This document shows, in pieces, positions 35,429 through 41,834 of a stretch of DNA of 41,834 bases. Position numbers and translations under genes: made by a program. Under the pieces are notes generated by a model. It had not been told where the DNA came from. It was given only the letters and a program-made list of their open reading frames with translations, and did no database searches. How positions within the stretch are numbered: position 1 is the stretch's first letter; every line of letters begins with the position of its first letter. The stretch is from positions 1-41,834 of the IMG/VR virus record IMGVR_UViG_3300020426_000010; one strand, written 5' to 3'. This DNA comes from a virus. Taxonomy: Duplodnaviria; Caudoviricetes.

Positions 35429-35599
35429 ATGGGCGCGAACCGCCTCCGCCGCATCCGGCCTCTGACGGCCGAGGAAATGCGCGCCATGCTCGCCAACGGC
35501 GATAGCGTCGCGCAGATCCACGGCCGCGCCTACCGCCTCGACGCTACCGTGACGAAGGAGCGCGTGCGCGCCATCCTGTTCCAGGGTGCGGACGAATGA
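35429..35599 (+). CDS. 56-aa hypothetical protein (MGANRLRRIRPLTAEEMRAML..)
   Basis: Manual translation; abuts upstream TAG and overlaps next ATG. Confidence 0.6.
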   Translation: MGANRLRRIRPLTAEEMRAMLANGDSVAQIHGRAYRLDATVTKERVRAILFQGADE

Positions 35600-35871
35600 C
35601 CTGCGATGTCGTCACCCTGCCCGGCGGCGGCCGGGCGATTATCTGCTCCGGGCGCGGCCGATCAAAGGCGCGCTGCGCGTGCGGCCGACCCGGCACGCTG
35701 TTGTGCGACTGGAAGATGGGCGAAGCGCGAAAGACCTGCGACGCGCCGATCTGCGCGCTCTGCGCCACGTCACCGGCCCCGGACAAGGATCTGTGCCCCG
35801 CCCACGCAAAAGCCTTCAAGGCGTGGCAGGCTCGCCACGCCGCGCCTATCGCCGGAACCAATGCGTCATGA
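35596..35871 (+). CDS. Cys-rich zinc-binding protein
   Basis: CACG..LLCD..TCDAPICALC..DLCPAH. Confidence 0.7.
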   Translation: MTCDVVTLPGGGRAIICSGRGRSKARCACGRPGTLLCDWKMGEARKTCDAPICALCATSPAPDKDLCPAHAKAFKAWQARHAAPIAGTNAS

Positions 35872-36350
35872 GCGGCTGCGGATCCTGCACCCTGTGCTGC
35901 ACCGTGATGAAAGTCACGACGCCTACCAGTGTCAAACCGGCCCACGAAACCTGTACGCACTGCACGACTAGCGGCTGTGCCATCTATGCGGATCGTCCGG
36001 AAAGCTGCGCGACCTACCAATGCTGGTGGCTGGGTTCGCAGCGAATGCGGGCAAGTGAGACGTTGCGAGGTATGGCCATGCCTGCATCGATGCGTCCCGA
36101 TCGCACCGGCATCGTCCTGGACCTCAACAGCGCAGGCTATGTGATAGCCCATTGCGCGCGCCCAGGAGCGTGGAAGCGTCCGCTGATGCGCGAATGGCTA
36201 CTGGCGGCGGCGAGACGGACTGCAGTCCTGCTCGAACTCGGTCATGAAACGCAGCTCCTCAATGCCGATGGCAGCGTGGAGCAACTTGTCACCATCGGTG
36301 TCGATCCGGCCACGAACGAACGTCTCTATGTCCGCAGGTCGGCAGCATGA
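35868..36350 (+). CDS. YkgJ-like cysteine-cluster protein
   Basis: CGSCTLCC, CTHC..GCAIYADRPESCATYQCWWL. Confidence 0.8.
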   Translation: MSGCGSCTLCCTVMKVTTPTSVKPAHETCTHCTTSGCAIYADRPESCATYQCWWLGSQRMRASETLRGMAMPASMRPDRTGIVLDLNSAGYVIAHCARPGAWKRPLMREWLLAAARRTAVLLELGHETQLLNADGSVEQLVTIGVDPATNERLYVRRSAA

Positions 36351-36619
36351 CGCTCGCTCTCGCCCTTTGCGCCTGCCCTACCTGCCACGCGCTCGACGCT
36401 GAATTTCCGATGGAGGGGCGTCAACTCGCCCTGATCCAACCCCATCCTTCGCCTGCCGGCATGCTCACCCCCGCCCGGCAGACGACTGGACCCCGCGCCG
36501 GGTCGAACGCGAGGCACGCGACTCGCTTCGAGCCCTCACCCGGCGCGGGGAAATCTCGACCCGAAACCGACCGCAAACCACCCAATGCCTCAGGGGAGTG
36601 CCAATCCAGGAGAAGACCC

Positions 36620-38779
36620 ATGTCCGTTACCACGATGACCATCGACGCGCTATGCGTCTCGCCGTTCAATGCGCGCACCAACCAGGTGGACGCCCATGCC
36701 ATCGACGGCATGGCCGAGTCCCTGATCAAGCGCGGCCAGATCCAGCCGCTCACCGTCCATCCGATCAAGGCGGGTCGGGGCCGCAAGCGCACCTATGGCG
36801 CGCTCGCCGGCGGCCGCCGCTACCGCGCCTTTCGGAAACTGATCGACGACGGCCGCTTGCCCGCCGACCATCCGATCGACGTGTCCGTCCTGGACATCGA
36901 GGACGAGGGCGAACTGCGCGAATTCAGCCTGGCCGAAAATCTGGTACGGGTCGATCTGCGCCCCTATGAAGTCTATGCCGCCGTCGCGCACGCGCACACC
37001 AGCGGCCGGTCGCTGCAGGAAATCGCCGACACGAACGGGCAGACGGTCGAGACGATTCGCCGCTGGGCGCGCCTCGGCAATCTCCATCCCACCATCTTCG
37101 CCGCCCTTGAAGTAGGCGAGATCAGCCAGGACCAGGCCAAGGCCTTTGCCGCGACGCAGGACGTCGCCCTGCAGCTCCTGACCTTCGAACGGGTGACCGA
37201 AATGGAGCATGGCTCCTGGCGGCGAAGCCCGGCCGAGATCCGCAAGATGCTCAAGATCGGCGATCGCGAGTTGGAACGCATGCTGCGCTTCGTCGGCGAA
37301 CAGGCCTATGCGGATGCAGGCGGTCGCTACGAGCTGGATCTGTTCGCCGATGATGCCGACCAGCGCGGTCGCGTGTCCGACGAAGGCCTGCTGATGCAGC
37401 TCGCCGACGCCAAGCTCGACGCGATCCGCGCGCGTGTGCGCAAGCAGTGCGGCCGGGCGATCGTTTTCCAGCCCACCCCGCCCCGCCTGATGATCGGCAG
37501 TTACGATCAGGGGACGGACACCTCGCTGGAAATCACGGCAGAGCCGCGCCCGGCCGACGCGGCCGATGCGCAATTGCTGGCCTGGCTCGGCTATTGGATG
37601 GCCCGGCTCGAAGCGCAGGCGCATTCCGCCCTTGATGACGACGAACTGGATGACGACCAGGTCGCGCACTGCATCGCCGCGCTCGACGAACATTATGAGC
37701 CAATGGAGGCGATGCTTGTCGCGCTGCAGGACCGCCTGCTGCTGGACTTACCGGCGCAGGCCTTCGCGACGCTCACCGTCCTCGACGATGGCGACCCCGA
37801 ACTGCGCTTCTGGTGGGCGGATCGTAAGGCGAAACAGAAGGCTGAGAGCGCGGCCCGCAAATTGCCCGACGCCCCGCCGCCGCGCGCCGTCTCCACCGGG
37901 CCGATCGGCCGCGCCACCGCGCCCGAACCCGATGCGCGCCGATCGCTCGAACGATCCGGCGCGGCGATCGATGGAGGCAATGGCTATGGCGAACGGCAAA
38001 AGGCCGACGCGCTGATCCGCGACGAACATGGGCTGACGGCCGACGGCGTGCAGATCATGCGCTCCATCCGTCGCGAAATGCTGCGCGCGGCGCTCATCGA
38101 TGACGCGCGCGCCGCCGCGGGCAAGAGCGCCAGCGTCGCGTTCGACTATCTCCTTTGGTCGCTCCTGCGCGATCGTATGACGGAGCCGGGCGGCGCGATC
38201 GGATCGCGCGCGCACGAGCGCGGCATGTCCGGCTTTGCCGCCCGACACGAAATGCAGCCGATTGGGGCGGCTATCCACCTAGAGCGCACGCAGGCGCACG
38301 CCATCTGGCGCGCGGCCGTCGATCGGCTCAAGCAACATCCCAGCGTCACCGACAAGGATTTCATCACCGCCTTCGACGCCTTCCGCACCGAGGATCAGGC
38401 GTGGAAACAGGAGGTCGCGGCGATCGTCACCGGCTGCGCCCTCGAACGATCGGCCAGCGCAGGCGGCTATGAGGTCGAGCTGCACGATCATGTCGCTTTG
38501 CTGGCGGGCTATCACACGCCTGAACGACAACGCAGCCTGGTCGAGCCGACCGAGGAGATGGTCGCGCTTCTCCCGCGCCTGCGCCAGCTCGAACTGGTCC
38601 ACCCCCATGTCACCAATGGCGAATATCTGGCGCTCGAAAAGCTCAAGGCCGCCGACCTCGCCACCCCCGTCACCCGCACGCTGAAGAAGGTCGCCGACTG
38701 GGTCCATCCCATGCTCCGCTTTCGCCCCCGGCTGAACGCCATCATTGCGCGCGAGCAGGACATTGAGGCAGCGGCATGA
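36620..38779 (+). CDS. parB: ParB/Spo0J-family protein with long C-terminal region (possible in-frame extension to 36347)
   Basis: SPFNAR, MAESL..GQIQPL, AGGRRYRA, SLAENL, HTH; AGGAGA RBS before 36620. Confidence 0.85.
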   Translation: MSVTTMTIDALCVSPFNARTNQVDAHAIDGMAESLIKRGQIQPLTVHPIKAGRGRKRTYGALAGGRRYRAFRKLIDDGRLPADHPIDVSVLDIEDEGELREFSLAENLVRVDLRPYEVYAAVAHAHTSGRSLQEIADTNGQTVETIRRWARLGNLHPTIFAALEVGEISQDQAKAFAATQDVALQLLTFERVTEMEHGSWRRSPAEIRKMLKIGDRELERMLRFVGEQAYADAGGRYELDLFADDADQRGRVSDEGLLMQLADAKLDAIRARVRKQCGRAIVFQPTPPRLMIGSYDQGTDTSLEITAEPRPADAADAQLLAWLGYWMARLEAQAHSALDDDELDDDQVAHCIAALDEHYEPMEAMLVALQDRLLLDLPAQAFATLTVLDDGDPELRFWWADRKAKQKAESAARKLPDAPPPRAVSTGPIGRATAPEPDARRSLERSGAAIDGGNGYGERQKADALIRDEHGLTADGVQIMRSIRREMLRAALIDDARAAAGKSASVAFDYLLWSLLRDRMTEPGGAIGSRAHERGMSGFAARHEMQPIGAAIHLERTQAHAIWRAAVDRLKQHPSVTDKDFITAFDAFRTEDQAWKQEVAAIVTGCALERSASAGGYEVELHDHVALLAGYHTPERQRSLVEPTEEMVALLPRLRQLELVHPHVTNGEYLALEKLKAADLATPVTRTLKKVADWVHPMLRFRPRLNAIIAREQDIEAAA

Positions 38780-39192
38780 AACTCGACGCCAATGTCTCAC
38801 TGGGCGCGGTAGCCCGCGCCATGAATGTCGCGCTACCGGCCAAAGCGACCGTCAAATCGGTGCGCGTGACCGTCACCTATCGGGTCGAAGGCCAGGACGG
38901 CATTATCTCATCGACGCGCAAGGGAGGCGATCGCCTGCTGGTCCGCAATGCCGAGTTTCGCAAAGACGATGCCATCGATGCCTTGTCCGAGGAAGGATGG
39001 CTGCTCGACGATGAAGAACCCGGCGATCGTATCGATCCGAGCGACGTTCATGATTTCATCGACGCTTGCAGTGCCGGTGATCGCTGCACGGCGCTGGCGC
39101 TTGTCGGCCGGATTTTCACCGGTGCCAGCGCAGCGATGGCCGAGCAGCTCCTGCTCAATGCTCGATCAGCGAAGGGGAGGCAGGCAGCATGA
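38776..39192 (+). CDS. Hypothetical protein
   Basis: ATGA coupling at both ends. Confidence 0.65.
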   Translation: MKLDANVSLGAVARAMNVALPAKATVKSVRVTVTYRVEGQDGIISSTRKGGDRLLVRNAEFRKDDAIDALSEEGWLLDDEEPGDRIDPSDVHDFIDACSAGDRCTALALVGRIFTGASAAMAEQLLLNARSAKGRQAA

Positions 39193-39602
39193 GCGCTGAG
39201 GCCTACCCCTCCGGTATCGCACTCGCCAGTGAGATCGATCAGGCGGCATCCGTTCGCGGGATGACGGCCGCGCGCCTGGTCGAACCGCTGACGGATCAAC
39301 CGCACCGTTTTCTCAACCAGCTCCGACGCGCGCGCAAGCCGAGCGCCGCAACGGTGCAGCGCGTCCGCGACCTGCTGCGCGGCGGCGATGGCATCAAGGC
39401 CGACGTCGATCGCGAGGCAAAGCACGCGATCGAACGCCGCGCGATCGCGCGACGCCAAAGCATCGACACGCCGCTCACCGTCCCCGGCCGCGCTACCGAC
39501 GAGATGGTCAATGGCCGCATGGCCGTCGATCGCGATCCCTGCTTCCGCTGCGGCACTCGCGCCGACATCGGCTGCCGCCACCGCCCCCGCACAGTCAAAT
39601 GA
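39189..39602 (+). CDS. Hypothetical protein with C-terminal CxxC..C zinc motif
   Basis: DRDPCFRCGTRADIGCRH. Confidence 0.65.
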   Translation: MSAEAYPSGIALASEIDQAASVRGMTAARLVEPLTDQPHRFLNQLRRARKPSAATVQRVRDLLRGGDGIKADVDREAKHAIERRAIARRQSIDTPLTVPGRATDEMVNGRMAVDRDPCFRCGTRADIGCRHRPRTVK

Positions 39603-40978
39603 TCAGCCCATTGCGCGCCGCCCTCAACCGCCTTTTCACTGCCAAGGAGTCCCCCATGTCCTGGGAAAAATATGGTTCACCCTACGATCCCCGTCACCGG
39701 GGGAAGATGCAAAAGCCACAGGACAAACGCGAGCAGGAATCGCACGCTGTGCGCGGGTGCGGCGATCCCAGCTGCTCGATGTGCAATCCGGAACTAGCCG
39801 CTGCCGGCCTGCCGTCAGGCACGATCTCCGTCACCCAGTGGGGCCGGCCGATACAATCGATGGCTGACGAAATGATCCGCGCGCTAAACGATTCAAGGTT
39901 TGAATGGGTCACTGAGGACAAACCATCATCCAGCGCCCCGCCGTCCAGCTACCGCAAGGCACGAGAGGCCGTAGAAAAATGGCTCGTCACCGCCCCGGAG
40001 CAGGGCTTTGACGACATCGTCGGCAATGATGATGCGCTCGATCAGCTGCGCGACGCGATCCAGGCGCCGGTCAAGCACAAGGCGGTCTATGAGGCCTATG
40101 GGATGCGCATGCCGAAAGGCGCGTTGCTATCGGGACCACCCGGCTGCGGCAAAACCATGTTCGCGCGCGCCGCCGCGTCGGAAATGCGCCGCCTGTATGG
40201 CGACAAGGTCGAATTCCTTTCCATCTCCGGCGCAGAACTGCAGTCCCCCTATATCGGTGTGACCGAAGGCTACATCAAAAGCATCTTCGCCTTCGCCCGT
40301 GAATATCGCAACCACCACGGCCATCCGCTGCTGGTATTCATGGACGAGGCCGAAGTCCTGCTCCCCGATCGTACCGGCCGCGTGCGTCGGGTCGCCTCGT
40401 GGGAGGAAAGTCAGGTCGCGACATTCCTGGCCGAAATGGACGGCATCCAGGAAAGCGGCGCGTTCATGCTGCTCGCGAGCAACCGCCCCGAGGTGATGGA
40501 CCAGGCGGTGCTGCGCGACGGCCGATGCGATTTCAAGATCATCGTCAAGCGCCCCACGCAGGAAGCCGTGGAGCTTATATTGCGCAAGAATTTCGCCGGC
40601 ACGCTGCTCGGTCCCGACGATCTCGAGCAGCTCGTCTTCGCCGCGGTCGAGGGCCTGCTTGATCCGGCCAAGGTGTTGATGGAAGCCCATGCGCTCAAGA
40701 TCGACTTCGGCGAGCAGAAGGTCACCGACCATCTGCGAAGACATTTTTTGCTGGAACACATCGTCTCTGGCGCGATGGCCGCGTCCATTCCCGCCCGTGC
40801 CAAGCGCCACGCCTTCGCCCGCGACAAACTGTCTGGCGAAGCCAAAGGCGTGACCGTCGCCGACGTGCTCCAGGCGGTGAACGACCTGTTCGAGGAGAAT
40901 AAGGGCCTCGAACACAGCTTCGCCCTGGAGGAATTCAAGGCCGACCTGATGCGGGACGCAAGGGCATCAGCGAAATGA
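39599..40978 (+). CDS. AAA+ ATPase resembling proteasomal ATPase ARC/Mpa (alternative start 39656)
   Basis: GPPGCGKT, FMDE, pore loop PYIG, SRH ASNRPEVMDQAVLRDGRCD, and SGAM..RAK / DLFEEN C-terminal motifs. Confidence 0.88.
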   Translation: MISPLRAALNRLFTAKESPMSWEKYGSPYDPRHRGKMQKPQDKREQESHAVRGCGDPSCSMCNPELAAAGLPSGTISVTQWGRPIQSMADEMIRALNDSRFEWVTEDKPSSSAPPSSYRKAREAVEKWLVTAPEQGFDDIVGNDDALDQLRDAIQAPVKHKAVYEAYGMRMPKGALLSGPPGCGKTMFARAAASEMRRLYGDKVEFLSISGAELQSPYIGVTEGYIKSIFAFAREYRNHHGHPLLVFMDEAEVLLPDRTGRVRRVASWEESQVATFLAEMDGIQESGAFMLLASNRPEVMDQAVLRDGRCDFKIIVKRPTQEAVELILRKNFAGTLLGPDDLEQLVFAAVEGLLDPAKVLMEAHALKIDFGEQKVTDHLRRHFLLEHIVSGAMAASIPARAKRHAFARDKLSGEAKGVTVADVLQAVNDLFEENKGLEHSFALEEFKADLMRDARASAK

Positions 40979-41205
40979 GCAGCAAACCCGCCGCTAAACC
41001 AGCCGACGGTGTGCAGATTGCACCCGGCGATCGCCTCATCGACCTGAAGGAGGTGAAGGCGCGCACGTCTCTCAGCACTGCCACGATCTATCGGAGACGG
41101 GGCAAGTCTTTCCCGCGCTCATATCCGATCAGCGATAGCCGAGTCGCTTGGCTCCAATCCGATATCGACCGGTGGATCCAAGGCAAAATCCAACAGCAAA
41201 TCTAG
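40975..41205 (+). CDS. alpA: AlpA-family excisionase/recombination directionality factor
   Basis: LIDLKEVKARTSLSTATIYR..FP..RVAWLQSDIDRWI, adjacent to att. Confidence 0.92.
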   Translation: MSSKPAAKPADGVQIAPGDRLIDLKEVKARTSLSTATIYRRRGKSFPRSYPISDSRVAWLQSDIDRWIQGKIQQQI

Positions 41206-41216
41206 CGGCGCTCACC

Positions 41217-41237
41217 GGAGACATTCCGGGAGTCATT
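41217..41237 (+). promoter_or_regulatory. Tandem Int1 arm-type sites
   Basis: GGAGACATT-CCG-GGAGTCATT. Confidence 0.7.
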
Positions 41238-41295
41238 CAGAACAGCATCAGGGATTTTATGTATGTTTTTCAACGGTAGTGCTGGCCATATCGGT

Positions 41296-41314
41296 TCCTG
41301 TCTCCCCGACCACT
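41296..41314 (+). repeat. att core, right copy (tRNA-Pro 3' fragment)
   Basis: TCCTGTCTCCCCGACCACT identical to 61..79. Confidence 0.95.
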
Positions 41315-41701
41315 CACAGACACGCTGGTACGTCCGTTGTGCAGCCCAATGTCAGTCCCGATTGTGGCGAACAGTCTTTGGTGCCGCGCCTAGTCAGCGC
41401 TGCGGCACAGAATCCACCCTCCATAACGGGCCACCGCCTGCCGGCCTCGAAGGGATAGCGGACGCGATTCTGCCGTCCCAGCGGGATCGTGAATGCGTGG
41501 GCTTTCCAACCGGAACGCCAAAGTCACTGTTTTCCGAATGTGCGCGGCTTTGGCGTCCTCCAGCCTGCCGAAGGGCGGCATCTGCTAGACTCTTGCGATA
41601 CAGGCGAAGAACGGGTCCGCCGGAATGACCGGCAGGAGGAAGCCTCGGGCTGCGTTGCAACGGCCATATTTTCATGGCTGCCCGACGATCCAGCCGTCCC
41701 T

Positions 41702-41726
41702 GCTATTGCAACATAGTCTCAATAGC
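41702..41726. promoter_or_regulatory. Fur-like iron box in host promoter
   Basis: Inverted repeat GCTATTG-CAACATAGTCT-CAATAGC with TTGCAA..TCTCAA core. Confidence 0.5.
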
Positions 41727-41759
41727 TATACTTGACCCCTAGAGATTAAAGGGGACATC

Positions 41760-41834
41760 ATGAATTTCATTCGTTTTTCGGCACTATCCTCCGTGGCGAT
41801 GGTGGCGGTAGCGACACCTGTCGGAAGCTACGCA
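41760..41834 (+). CDS. 5' end of host secreted protein (possibly TonB-dependent receptor), truncated by window edge
   Basis: AGGGG RBS; MNFIRFSALSSVAMVAVATPVGSYA signal-peptide-like. Confidence 0.55.
   Translation, partial: MNFIRFSALSSVAMVAVATPVGSYA

Noticed and set aside
41379-41390. TGGTGCCGCGCC as a second tRNA 3'-end relic beyond attR
   Set aside because: Too short, with no matching partner or adjacent integrase in the window

Overview
The window is almost exactly one complete ~41.25 kb temperate siphovirus prophage. It is integrated in the 3' end of a tRNA-Pro(TGG) gene (1..77), with a 19-bp att direct repeat at 61..79 and 41296..41314. The host is a high-GC alphaproteobacterium, most likely Sphingomonadaceae (inferred from protein families and the GAAC-N7-GAAC SOS box). 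Left end, + strand: a P4-type integrase and a plasmid-like wHTH Rep protein followed by a hairpin-dense putative origin. Minus strand: dam and com, a second intact-looking P4-type integrase with its own att-like geometry, lysis genes, a tail module (SGNH-esterase receptor-binding protein, -1 frameshifted chaperone), HK97-type head and packaging genes, cos and HNH. A regulatory block follows: a 28-bp repeated promoter motif, a putative late regulator, a LexA DNA-binding-domain-only protein, a Zn-finger protein and SRAP under SOS boxes, and a non-cleavable CI facing a Ner-like gene. The + strand early operon carries GapR, Cys-rich proteins, a ParB-like protein, an ARC/Mpa-like AAA+ ATPase and AlpA. 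Host DNA resumes after 41314. Most notable: the dual-integrase layout with an internal att-like site carrying a micro-ORF, attP splitting the early operon from rep, the proteasome-type ATPase and the SOS-wired late-gene cascade. All family calls are from motif recognition by eye; no searches were run.
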